A stretch of 63,119 nt of DNA, the filler included, from Stramenopiles sp. TOSAG23-2 (taxonomy: Eukaryota), in NCBI GenBank assembly GCA_900128395.1. It is 12 parts of 12 records of this genome, joined end to end, with 100 filler letters (N's around TTAATTAATTAA, not from the genome) between each part and the next. Parts side by side here need not be neighbours in the genome. Positions count along the whole stretch, not along the records: positions 30,289 to 36,234 come from LT650556.1; positions 36,335 to 42,269 come from LT650557.1; positions 42,370 to 48,301 come from LT650558.1; 9 more parts are not named here. One strand, 5' to 3'. The position numbers were made by a program, and so were the translations under genes. Positions 33,060 to 43,719 of this stretch are shown piece by piece. A model generated the notes under the pieces. That model was not told the DNA's origin and ran no database searches. It was given only the letters and a program-made list of their open reading frames with translations. How positions within the stretch are numbered: position 1 is the first letter of the stretch; each line of letters begins with the position of its first letter.

Positions 33060-35939
33060 TTATTTAATTTCTGGTAAACCTTGTCCTATTGTTTGTACAT
33101 ATTCAACAAAATCAACACAATTTACCCTATCGCCTTTTGCATCAGCAAATCTAGCACAAATCTCTTCCAATTCCTGATCCGTGCATTGAAATTCTGCATC
33201 TTCTTTTAAACTTTTTTGAAAAACAAATTTTGGTAAATAATCCTCATCGCCAACCATATCAATAACAGCCGATATAAACTTTCCAACTTTACCTTCATCT
33301 TTCGACCATGTATTTACCAATTCCATCGTCGCGTCTGAACATGTAACAATCTCTGAATTTGCAGCTAATCCTCGTATTTCAATTGTTTTCACACCACGTC
33401 TTAATTCATCTTCAAACTGAATATTATAAGTCCTATTTTTATTTATTAAAACTACTTCACCACGATAAAGTTGCTTCCACCCGTTCATTTTAACATCAAC
33501 TACATCGCCTACATTATATGTTTCAGTTAATATTTTCCTAATTTGAAACTCTTGAATAGTGTTATTGACTTCACCATCTGCTTCGAATTTAATCGTATAT
33601 AACCCTTCGGAGTCATCTACATTTGTAATCACGCCAGCATACCATTCTTTCCATCCAGTCGCTTTTGCCTCTACTTTATCGTCAACTTTATGAACCATTT
33701 TGTATTTTTTCCTCTTAACAGTTTCTTGTTCGATAGCATCTGGTATTGTTGCTGATGATGAAGATGCTTCAGCTTGATTTTCTAATTTTCGCATTTCCTT
33801 TGCTTTGACATACTTTTTTTTCTCACCATCATCAAATTGAATTCCATATGTATCATCTTCGTTATCTTTTATAACAGCACCTTCAAAATATTTCGTCCAA
33901 CCTGTACATTTTGCTAATACACGTTCACCTACTTTGTATTTCAAAATTTCATTATTGTCAGTATTTTCCAATAATTTTCTAACTTTTCCCGTTTTTCCAT
34001 TTTCCGTTACTCCACGCTTCTTCTCGCCATCATCAAAGTGGATATCATACGTTCCGTCATCATTTACACGGGTAACAGTGCCAGCGAAAAATTTTGTCCA
34101 TCCAGAACATTTTGCTTCGATGCGATCATTGACACCAAATGCAGGAGTAGCTTTACCTTTAATCTCATCTAATTTAACGCCTTTCTTCGTTTCACCATCG
34201 TCAAATTTAATATCGAAGGTACCATCGTCGTTCACGTTAGTAATAGTACCAGCGTAAGCTTTTACCCATCCAGTACATTTTGCTTCAACACGCTCATTGA
34301 CATCGTATGGAGTGGCAGGTTTTTTCTTGACTTGACTATTCTCTGCCTGATCATCACCGTGACGATGATGTTTATGGTGATGATGATGTTTATGGTGATG
34401 ATGATGTTTACGTTTTAATTGACTTTTTTTAACACGACTTTTAAGCTCACCGTCGTCAAATTTTAAGTCAAATGTTTCATCATTGTTTACACGAATAATT
34501 TCGCCTGCATAATATTTTGTCCATCCATCCAATTTTGCTTCAACACGATCTCCTAACTTGTGGTGATGATGATGCTTGTGCTTGTGATGATGCTTGTGAT
34601 GATGATGATGATGATGTTTGCGTTTATGGTGGTGGTGATGTTTATGATGGTGATTTTCTCCTTCCACCTCACCATCTCCTCCTCCATTATCTTCTTTGAT
34701 TTGAGATTCTTTGACGCCAACTTTTCTTTCCCCATCCTCAAATTTAATATCATACGTTCCATTCACATTTACTTTGATGACTTCACCTGAATAGTATTTT
34801 GTCCACCCAGTACATTTAGCTAGAACAGTAGCACCTTCAGTAATGTTCGGCCTATTTTTTAGATAATTTTGGGTAAAATCCAGCACATATTCTGGAACAT
34901 CTCCAGGCTTGTCAAGATAAATTGCTGCCATTAATTTTTTCATAAACGGATCAACAGCTTGGGCATTGTAACTATGCATGGAAGTAACTGCATTTCGTGT
35001 ATTTGGTAACTGCTGTCTTATTGGTAGCGGGCTACCAGTCGAAAAGTTTGTATTTGGACGACCTTGACTTCCTAGCATACCGGCACTTTGTGGTCTATTT
35101 TTCAAATTTTGATAATACGACGGTGTACCTGCGCCACCACCCCGTCTTACCGCTGCGCTTGATGGCCTTTGTCTTCCACCAACACCATTGTTTCTGCTAT
35201 TTGATGGTTGATATTCACGTCTGCCAGAAGGTGAATTGTACTTTTTTGATGTTCCATTCAAAGGTACTGTAGATGGACGGTATTTGCTACCGCTACCATG
35301 TCCGTACAAGGAATTTGCACCACCTCGTTTCCAAGCCGCGAAAGTTAGGGCGCCACGTTTTGAAGGACTAGCTCTACTTGCACTAGCTGGTCTAGGTCGT
35401 CTTCCAGGTGTTACATTTTTTTTTGGTTGTGGAGGTGGTGATGTCTTTGTGACTTTTCTCATTCTTGTGCATGGTATGTTTTTTTTAATTTCACCATCTA
35501 AAAATTTCACATGATAATGCATCTTGTCCACTTTTTCAATAACTTGCCCTTTGTAATACTTGACCCAGCCTTCGCATTTTGCTTCGATCATTTCATTTTC
35601 CACGAAATCTACTATTATTACTTTTCTCAACAAGTTTTCTGAAATCCCTGTTACACGTTCACCATCATCAAAATTTACTGTATATGTATTATTTTCTCCA
35701 ACTTGATTTATATACCCTTTAAAATAATCGCTCCATTGTGGTAGCCTACACTCTATATAATCACCAGGTGTATATAAAGGTGGTGTAGTTACTGTCTCTG
35801 CCGCTAATGCATTTGCTGCTTGTTGCGTATCACTCGTATTATTATTCACTTCTTCATTATTGCCATCAATGTCTTTTGCTGAATTTACAACACCAGTATC
35901 ACGACGTCGTAATGCAGTCCCTGGTCTTTTCGGTGGCAT
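33060..35939 (-). CDS. Multi-Tudor (9 repeats) protein with a Dpy-30/RIIa-like docking motif, His/Lys tracts and a C-terminal EF-hand-like region
   Basis: Repeat consensus GxRVEAKCxGWxKYYxGxIxxVNxDGTYDIxFDDGE; VDPFMKKLMAAIYLDKPGDVPEYV; ELEEICARFADAKGDRVNCVDFV. Confidence 0.8.
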   Translation of the reverse strand: MPPKRPGTALRRRDTGVVNSAKDIDGNNEEVNNNTSDTQQAANALAAETVTTPPLYTPGDYIECRLPQWSDYFKGYINQVGENNTYTVNFDDGERVTGISENLLRKVIIVDFVENEMIEAKCEGWVKYYKGQVIEKVDKMHYHVKFLDGEIKKNIPCTRMRKVTKTSPPPQPKKNVTPGRRPRPASASRASPSKRGALTFAAWKRGGANSLYGHGSGSKYRPSTVPLNGTSKKYNSPSGRREYQPSNSRNNGVGGRQRPSSAAVRRGGGAGTPSYYQNLKNRPQSAGMLGSQGRPNTNFSTGSPLPIRQQLPNTRNAVTSMHSYNAQAVDPFMKKLMAAIYLDKPGDVPEYVLDFTQNYLKNRPNITEGATVLAKCTGWTKYYSGEVIKVNVNGTYDIKFEDGERKVGVKESQIKEDNGGGDGEVEGENHHHKHHHHHKRKHHHHHHHKHHHKHKHHHHHKLGDRVEAKLDGWTKYYAGEIIRVNNDETFDLKFDDGELKSRVKKSQLKRKHHHHHKHHHHHKHHRHGDDQAENSQVKKKPATPYDVNERVEAKCTGWVKAYAGTITNVNDDGTFDIKFDDGETKKGVKLDEIKGKATPAFGVNDRIEAKCSGWTKFFAGTVTRVNDDGTYDIHFDDGEKKRGVTENGKTGKVRKLLENTDNNEILKYKVGERVLAKCTGWTKYFEGAVIKDNEDDTYGIQFDDGEKKKYVKAKEMRKLENQAEASSSSATIPDAIEQETVKRKKYKMVHKVDDKVEAKATGWKEWYAGVITNVDDSEGLYTIKFEADGEVNNTIQEFQIRKILTETYNVGDVVDVKMNGWKQLYRGEVVLINKNRTYNIQFEDELRRGVKTIEIRGLAANSEIVTCSDATMELVNTWSKDEGKVGKFISAVIDMVGDEDYLPKFVFQKSLKEDAEFQCTDQELEEICARFADAKGDRVNCVDFVEYVQTIGQGLPEIK

Positions 35940-36585
35940 ATTTTTATTTAGAAAGGGAAAGGGTCAATTAAATATATATATACTTTATTGTCTGAGATAG
36001 ATATAGATAGATAGATGAATAGTATAATACTATTAGTATGATATTATATACACATGCACACATCTACGTCCATCATATATCTTATATATCTTTTATTTTT
36101 TTTTCTTATTAATTATTGGTGGGAGTTAATAACCGATAAGTTGTGTTTTATGAGCGATTTTTGATAAGCCAAAACAAATCTAGCCTCCTCAAGTACAAAA
36201 AATACCTAATCTGGCCTATCAAATATATAAAAGANNNNNNNNNNNNNNNNNNNNNNNNNNNNNNNNNNNNNNNNNNNNTTAATTAATTAANNNNNNNNNN
36301 NNNNNNNNNNNNNNNNNNNNNNNNNNNNNNNNNNATAGTAAAATATGTGCAATTTGTACTTATTAGTATACTAAATATTTATTTGACAAAGTCTCTCTCA
36401 GAAAAATCGGGTCATAAAGATGATGTTTAAAATCTAAGATGTTTTTAAATATGCATATAATATGATATGATACGTATGAAATATATTTTGAACTTCTAAT
36501 TTTTTTTATGATATGAGATGTGTTGTAATAGTATTTAAAAAATACGATTCAGTACATACATGTCTTATACGGCATACTTGTGTTC

Positions 36586-37746
36586 CTATTGTGTAAAAGG
36601 ATTCATTGCCCCAGTAAGAAATGGTAGTGGGTTCTCATTCCATTCATCAACAAAAATAGTATCTCCAGTATGAATTGTATTTGGTTGGCTTAAATTGCTA
36701 CCAATTTTTGCTTCTCCTGAATCTGTTAAATTTATGTTTACCCCAAACATTGCTTCAGGAGAATAGTATGGACTTTCTTTTGGTATGTGGGGATACCGCT
36801 GCGCGCGTAATTTTTTGAGAAGATTTAGTAACTTAAACTTGGTATCTTTGATACCAGTGTGTGGGTTAACTGTTGGCACTGTACAACGGGCTACTTTCTT
36901 TACCACTTTAAACATTGATTCGTTTGAAGAATCTGTGTTATTCCTCGTTGAACCTTCCACATGGAACGTGTCAATATCATCCTCCTCAAATGCTTTGCCA
37001 CTTCTTGAATCTAAAATTATATTATGACGAAATGTTTCAGGATAAGCAGGCGAAATATCTGCTTCCGCAAGCCTTTCATTCAGCCACATTAATGATTGTT
37101 TTGACAGCATACTAAAGGTAGACCAGTCTGAAAAACGTGCAGTATCACTTTCGCGAGCCAATGGGGAGTATTTTGGAGTATCCTTTAAATAACGAAAATT
37201 TTTATTCCCCATATACACTAAATGCAGTTGTTCTTTGCTTTTCAGAAAGGATGTTAACAAATTTGATACTCTGCTTCCTTGGTCTATTCCCTTAACTGGC
37301 GTATCCCATAGCAAACATCTCCATTCGATACCAGACGAACGAATCGGGACTTCCACCGTTTCGCCAGAAGATGGTACAGTAATAACCAAGTTGCCGTTGA
37401 CTTTACTAAACGATGGCTGAACCAACACCATTTTGGACAACTGACGAATGGTCATAACTGTACAATTTACGTTATGTGCAATAGCTTTTTCTGATGTATC
37501 AATAGTACCCTCTCTCACTATTGCCCAAGCTCTGTCTGAGCAGTATTCTCCATAGGCTAACCCAGATGACGTCACATTTGCGGAATGCACTTTAATTCCA
37601 GCACAACTCTTAATTGGATAAATATAAATTTCATGAACCTTCCCAACAACTTTTGACGTTCGAGTCACTTTTTTTTTGTCCTTTTGCCACATGAAAATAA
37701 AGCATGACAAAATCAAAACGACGATGACACCTATAGAAAAAATCAT
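36586..37746 (-). CDS. MOSC-domain molybdoenzyme (mARC-like) with an N-terminal membrane anchor
   Basis: IYIYPIKSCAG, DRAWAIV, FRHNII, AFEEDD, RCTVPTVNP (Moco Cys) and MFGVN; the first ATG is at 37746. Confidence 0.9.
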   Translation of the reverse strand: MIFSIGVIVVLILSCFIFMWQKDKKKVTRTSKVVGKVHEIYIYPIKSCAGIKVHSANVTSSGLAYGEYCSDRAWAIVREGTIDTSEKAIAHNVNCTVMTIRQLSKMVLVQPSFSKVNGNLVITVPSSGETVEVPIRSSGIEWRCLLWDTPVKGIDQGSRVSNLLTSFLKSKEQLHLVYMGNKNFRYLKDTPKYSPLARESDTARFSDWSTFSMLSKQSLMWLNERLAEADISPAYPETFRHNIILDSRSGKAFEEDDIDTFHVEGSTRNNTDSSNESMFKVVKKVARCTVPTVNPHTGIKDTKFKLLNLLKKLRAQRYPHIPKESPYYSPEAMFGVNINLTDSGEAKIGSNLSQPNTIHTGDTIFVDEWNENPLPFLTGAMNPFTQ

Positions 37747-38315
37747 GGTATTGCTTTGGCCACTACGTAGGTTGATTCTCCTTTTCAAACCTGCTGTGTT
37801 TGCTCAAGAGTACCATTTCGGAAACACCCGGGACTGACGAAAGCCAAAAAAACGAGCATATATTTATTATATTATATATTATATATATCTATTGTCTCGA
37901 TTATTATTATTTTTTATTATTATAATAACCAGTCCTGTGTACGTGTTAATCCGGAAGTCGGTAGGAAAATATCATATATTGAAGTACAATAGTTAGTAGT
38001 TTAAATAGATGTATAATCTACTTTTTTTGTTCAAAGTCGTGAATTTCTTATTTTATTATTATTATTATTATTATACTTATTATTACGTTATTATATTTTT
38101 TATATATAATTCGAAATTCAAATATCAATTGATAATACTATCGATGGTATGCATGTATTCGAAATTAATGGAAGAATTTCATCTAGATATTTTGAACATC
38201 TCAACAACAGGTATAAAGAATTTCATACACAACAACAGTCATTTATTGCATACATATACACATATATATACTGATATACAAAAAATAATACGAAAGTCAC
38301 CAATTACGAACAATT

Positions 38316-41300
38316 ATGAAACAAAAATTATTAAAAAAATCAAGGTCTGAACTAAATAGTATTCTTCAAAATCATGATACGTCAAAAGATCCATCTACTT
38401 TTAAAAATAAACTCGAATTGGTAAAACACTTGTTAACGTTAGGTTTAAATTTCAGTGAATTAACAGAAAATGGTAATAAAATAATGCCTATTACAAATGT
38501 TAAAGAAAATAATGATAATATGCGACTTGGCGTTGCAGAAAAGAATGCTTATTGGCGTGAATATAACGAAAATACAATTGGAAAGCATAATTCAAACAAC
38601 ACTGAACCAGAAAATAAAACTCCTTTCGTATATAAAAAACTTAAGCGCGAAAATCATGTAACATCTGTGGCGTATTCGCCCTGTGGTGGAAAACTTGCCA
38701 TTGGGGGCAGAGATACTTTTGTCCTTGTTTATGATACTGCCTCGTGGGAAGAAATAACAAAAATTAGGCGCAGTGAAGTTTGGTCCGTAAACTTTTCTCA
38801 AGACGGACAGTATCTTCTTGTCGCTGGGTATGATAAGAAGGCTGCTGTGTATGATGTAAAAAATTGGACGTTGGTGACTGAGTTGGATGCTAACGAACGA
38901 ATTTTATGTGCCATATTCAACTCACAAAGTACGTTAGTTGCTTTCTGCGGATATGATTTAAATACATATGTATACGGTGTACCATCGTGGAATATAGTGT
39001 CCATCATCACTAGAACAAAGATGATGCGCTCAGCTCACTTTTCTCCAAGTGGTGAATTTTTTTGCATAGGGGGTTGGGATAAAAAGTTTGCAATCTATAG
39101 CACAAACAATTGGAAGCTGTTATATGAAGTGGAAAGCAACGATGTTATTCGCACCGTACAGTTTTCATCAGATGGTCTACTGCTTGCTGTCGGTGGAAAT
39201 AATAGCAAAGTTCGGTTTTATGACACTACTAATTGGGAGCTACTGAAAGAGTTGGGAAGAAACCGGGCTATATGGAATGTTGCTTTTTCCCCGGATTGCT
39301 CAGTTGTTGCAGTTGTAGGTTGGGATAAAAAAATTGCATTTTATAGTACTTTGTCATGGAGTTTATTGCATGAAATTAAAAGATCGGGTGAGCTAACAAG
39401 TGTTGCTTACTGTCCATTAGATAGAAGTTTGTCCTGTGGAGGTTATGATTGTATTTCCATCGTATACAATATAAGAAATTGGAACATTAGCCAATACATC
39501 AAGCAAGAGGGAGCCGTCCTTAGCATTTCATACTGCAGAGAAAAAGCTATAATAGCCGTGGGTGGCTCTATGAAAACCATTGGGATTTATTTGATTAGAT
39601 CGTGGAGTGAAATGCTGGCGAATGAGAGATTTGAGCTTTTGTCCAATGGTTCCATTCACGTTGATAAATACAAATTAGTAAAATCAATCGATATGCCCTC
39701 GAAATGTAACAGTGTATGCTTCTCACCAAATGGAAAGTTACTCGCTGCAGCATCAGGAGACGAAGAAAATCCTGTCGTATTTGTATTTGATACTGAAAAT
39801 TGGGTTTGCAAAAACAAATTCGATTTCAAATCGCTAATATGGAATCTTACATTTTCTCCAATAATGCAAAATAGTACCTTCCAACTTGCTGTTGTCGGTT
39901 ATGATAAAGCATGTCATATTTACGCCAGTGATTTGTGGCAGTTGATTAAAAAACTTGACCAACAGTCAAATTGCATGGCAGTGGCATACTCTGTGGATGG
40001 TTCTTATTTAGCAACAGGCGGATACAATAAGAAGGCAATCATATACGACACACAAACTTGGAACGTGGTTCACGAAGTGCAGAGGAATGAGCCGGTATGG
40101 AGTATTTCATTTTCTGAAGATAATTTAAAAGTAGCAATCAGTGGGTGGGATAAACTCGTTGAAGTTTACAAGGTTCATTCATGGGAAAAAATTGTTACCT
40201 TGGAGGGCAAAAATGCTATCTGTAGTGTTCAGTTTTCCCCTGATAGCTCTAGCATAGCATATGGAGGAGAAGATATGGAATTATCCTTATACAAATTCTC
40301 AGTAAATGGCCTTACTCAAATTACAGAGTGTAATGGCGTCGTTCGTTCCATAATTTTTTTGCCAGATGGGCATACATTTCTTGTAGGCAGTAACGATGGC
40401 AGTGTATATATATGCGAAGGTGACCCTCCAATTCAAAATTTAGACCCGACACTAGAAGCAGCTTTTCTTGAGAAACCTACCTTAATTTGCCGTCCAGACG
40501 ACAATTTAGGTACTACATTACTTCATCGATTATGTCTAGAGGATTGCTCTGCAAATCAATTGAACAAAATCCTTCAATGCGTGAAGAAGTTTGATTTGAA
40601 ACCTCATCCCGATAAAAATGGAGAGACGCCTTTGGATCTAGCACATAAAATGAATCACCATGGTAAGTGTCATTTGCTTGCTTCTATGTATAACACAGAG
40701 GGAGAGCAAAGCGACAGTGCTGCTAAATGGTTAGGTAAACTAGCTGGTGTATACGATGATGTAATATTGCTGTATTTAACACGGGCTTTTGTGGAATTGA
40801 AACCCACGGACGCAATTAGTATTGCAAATTCAAGCAAATTTGGTCTTAAAATACCTGTGGTAAAAGCATCTGAACTTCCGTATCCTCGTGATTTTTTCAA
40901 AGTTGAAGAAATATCACAGCCGGGATACCCACATGTTGAATGCGTTACGGCAGCCATCGGTCCTCCGAATTTTATCAAACATTCATATGAAAAGATTGTA
41001 AAAAGTAGCAGCTCGGCAACTTTTGGTTGCGATTCAATGGTGTATACAACAAGTTACTTATGGAAGCAAGTTAAATGGTATTACTACTGCCAAGTTATAG
41101 CATATGCAATTCTTGTTAGTATGTTTTCATTAGGTCATATTTACACAAGTATCAGATACGTATGTTTTGGTACAAATGCACTCCTTATTGTGTTTTTTAT
41201 CATTAAGGAGATTAAGCAATCTATACTTGCGGGAAAGGAGTACTTTTCATCGCCTTGGAATATTGTTGCTTGGTTAAACTACGTATTGCAAGTTGCATCT

Positions 41301-42011
41301 ATTTTATGTACCATCCAACCAGAACCATACACAAATATTCTTAATTTTTCTGCTATGACAATAGCATGGGTGTGTTGCTTTGAACATTTGCGCGGATTTG
41401 ACGAGGTAGGGTATATCATTGCAACGATTGTACAAATGATGAAAGATATTCGAGCATTCTTTGCTGTCGTTGTTATGGTCGTCTCTGGTAGCGCATTAAG
41501 TTTCAGGTTACTTTTACCTGGCAAAACAGAATTTATGTGGTTCAACGGATTACAATCGGTCTACCTTATGTTAATGGGCTCAAATGATGTAAATATAATG
41601 AATGCTGATGGTGTCTTACCTGCAGATCAAGTTGCCCTGACGTCTTTGGTTGGGAAGGTTTTTTCAAATTTAGTTGAACTGATTCTTTGTGTTGTTTTAA
41701 TGAACGCGTTGATCGCAATTATGGGAGACTCTTATGCTGCCATAACGGAAGATCGCAAAAATCGAAGTTTACAATCGAAGGCTCGAGTAGTCATTGAAAT
41801 GATGCAATTGTATATTAACAAAGACAACAAATCATGTTATCCACGATGGCTGCATGTTTTGGTCCCGAAACATAAAGTTAATCTGGATCTGCTAGAAGCA
41901 AGTACCGATTCTGTGGAAGAACGTTTGAAAAGTTTAGAAAAAAGTTTCAACAAGAAGCATAATATGTTACTTTCTGAATTACAAATGCTGCGAGAGAGTA
42001 TGAAAAAGTAG
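38316..42011 (+). CDS. WD40 (14 repeats)-ankyrin-TRP-like 6TM cation channel
   Basis: 14 repeats of the type VxSVxFSPDG...GG.DKK...YD...W; ankyrin motifs GTTLLH and GETPLDLA; TM region with YFSSPWN, HLRGFDEVGYII..IVQMMKDI, a pore helix, S6 VLMNALIAIMGDSY and a C-terminal coiled coil. Confidence 0.85.
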   Translation: MKQKLLKKSRSELNSILQNHDTSKDPSTFKNKLELVKHLLTLGLNFSELTENGNKIMPITNVKENNDNMRLGVAEKNAYWREYNENTIGKHNSNNTEPENKTPFVYKKLKRENHVTSVAYSPCGGKLAIGGRDTFVLVYDTASWEEITKIRRSEVWSVNFSQDGQYLLVAGYDKKAAVYDVKNWTLVTELDANERILCAIFNSQSTLVAFCGYDLNTYVYGVPSWNIVSIITRTKMMRSAHFSPSGEFFCIGGWDKKFAIYSTNNWKLLYEVESNDVIRTVQFSSDGLLLAVGGNNSKVRFYDTTNWELLKELGRNRAIWNVAFSPDCSVVAVVGWDKKIAFYSTLSWSLLHEIKRSGELTSVAYCPLDRSLSCGGYDCISIVYNIRNWNISQYIKQEGAVLSISYCREKAIIAVGGSMKTIGIYLIRSWSEMLANERFELLSNGSIHVDKYKLVKSIDMPSKCNSVCFSPNGKLLAAASGDEENPVVFVFDTENWVCKNKFDFKSLIWNLTFSPIMQNSTFQLAVVGYDKACHIYASDLWQLIKKLDQQSNCMAVAYSVDGSYLATGGYNKKAIIYDTQTWNVVHEVQRNEPVWSISFSEDNLKVAISGWDKLVEVYKVHSWEKIVTLEGKNAICSVQFSPDSSSIAYGGEDMELSLYKFSVNGLTQITECNGVVRSIIFLPDGHTFLVGSNDGSVYICEGDPPIQNLDPTLEAAFLEKPTLICRPDDNLGTTLLHRLCLEDCSANQLNKILQCVKKFDLKPHPDKNGETPLDLAHKMNHHGKCHLLASMYNTEGEQSDSAAKWLGKLAGVYDDVILLYLTRAFVELKPTDAISIANSSKFGLKIPVVKASELPYPRDFFKVEEISQPGYPHVECVTAAIGPPNFIKHSYEKIVKSSSSATFGCDSMVYTTSYLWKQVKWYYYCQVIAYAILVSMFSLGHIYTSIRYVCFGTNALLIVFFIIKEIKQSILAGKEYFSSPWNIVAWLNYVLQVASILCTIQPEPYTNILNFSAMTIAWVCCFEHLRGFDEVGYIIATIVQMMKDIRAFFAVVVMVVSGSALSFRLLLPGKTEFMWFNGLQSVYLMLMGSNDVNIMNADGVLPADQVALTSLVGKVFSNLVELILCVVLMNALIAIMGDSYAAITEDRKNRSLQSKARVVIEMMQLYINKDNKSCYPRWLHVLVPKHKVNLDLLEASTDSVEERLKSLEKSFNKKHNMLLSELQMLRESMKK

Positions 42012-42369
42012 TGTAAAAATGATGTTTAAAATCTAAGTTGTTTTATATTTAACATTTTCAGCGCTTAAGTAAAAGAAGAAAAAAAAAACAACAAGAAGAG
42101 TTGTTGGTACCTGTGGTAATCTGGTAATCCAGGTATAATCTGGTAATCTGGTAATCCAGGTAATCCCGTAATCAAGTAAATTGCGAAAAAGTAGAGTTGG
42201 ATAGGCTATTTTTCTCATATTCTAACAAGTACAATACATGAACGCGTCATCTTAAATCCGCTGTGTGGCNNNNNNNNNNNNNNNNNNNNNNNNNNNNNNN
42301 NNNNNNNNNNNNNTTAATTAATTAANNNNNNNNNNNNNNNNNNNNNNNNNNNNNNNNNNNNNNNNNNNN

Positions 42370-43719
42370 CATGATATCTTTTTGTGTTTTCTTTGTCGAT
42401 GATGCACCATCATCATCATCGTCCATATCCATTGCCGTGCCATTTCTTTTTGCCATGACCGCATCTGGAATCGTTGCTTCACGTACCATATCATCTCTTG
42501 GTGTTGGATTTGCAACGGTTAAACGATTTAATACGTTTGGTAATTTTTTACCACGTAACTTTTGCCCAACACGTTGTTCTAACAATAAATCACATGCTTT
42601 CAATTTCACATCCGTAACACCTTGTTCATTATGTGAACTAATTTGATATTCCTCAAAACCACCACTTTCCGGTAATTGTTCTTTATGCCATTTTTCAATT
42701 TCTTTACGATCTTCCTCTGGCAATTCAACTACACGTTTTAAATCCGTTTTGGTATATACTACCATCAATGGTTTATTTGCAAACAACGGTTTAATGCTAT
42801 TGAATAATGACATTTGTTGTTGTACGGAATAACCACATGTTTCACTTGGATCGATGAAATACAATACGGTACATTGTAAATGTGCCAATGCAGTTATTGC
42901 ACACATTTCAATCGTATTCCGTTCCTCCAATGGATGATCTAAAATACCTGGTGTATCAATCACTTGCCAACGTAAATATTTATAATCCATATGCCCAACA
43001 AATAATGATTTTGTTGTAAATGCATATGGTTGTACATCAACATCCGCACGTGTCACTTTGTTCATGAAACTACTTTTACCAACATTTGGATAACCACAAA
43101 CAATCAACGTACGTGTATTTGGATCAATCGATGGTAAACGTGATAAATGCTTACGTACTTCCTCTAAGTAACCTAATGAAGCATTTAATTTTTTCATTAA
43201 TGTGCACATACGACCTAATGCAGCACGTTTCAATTGTTTGGCACGGTATTGCGAATCCGCATATTTCATTAAACGTACATAATCTTTTGCAATATTATCA
43301 ATCAATTGCCTTGCCATATTAATTTGTCCAAGTGCTAATTTATAATGTGAACGATCATATAATACGTTGCATAAATCGGCATAAAATGGATGTATATTAT
43401 CTAAACGTGGAAATTCATCCAACATTCTTGTTAATTTATCATGCCATGTTTGTTGCGTATATTTTACTTTACGCATGTAAAATTGCCTGATNNNNNNNNN
43501 NNNNNNNNNNNNNNNNNNNNNNNNNNNNNNNNNNNNNNNNNNNNNNNNNNNNNNNNNNNNNNNNNNNNNNNNNNNNNNNNNNNNNNNCCTGATACGGTTG
43601 ATACCCCAACCAGCATGGCATTGCGTCGGCGTTTTACGTTGTGTTCTTGATAATACAATATCAATAAAATCTTTCGCTGCTGGTACTGGTGCAATGCGTT
43701 TAAAATTGTATAATGGCAT
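42370..43719 (-). CDS. NOG1: Nucleolar GTP-binding protein 1, 3' truncated
   Basis: [43 protein letters not shown] and DTPGILD. The internal N gap is flanked by a duplicated CCTGAT and is probably of zero length. Confidence 0.97.

Noticed and set aside
43492-43587. Apparent insertion or intron in NOG1
   Set aside because: Both sides share CCTGAT, and removing the gap gives the contiguous conserved [13 protein letters not shown]. It is a scaffolding gap.
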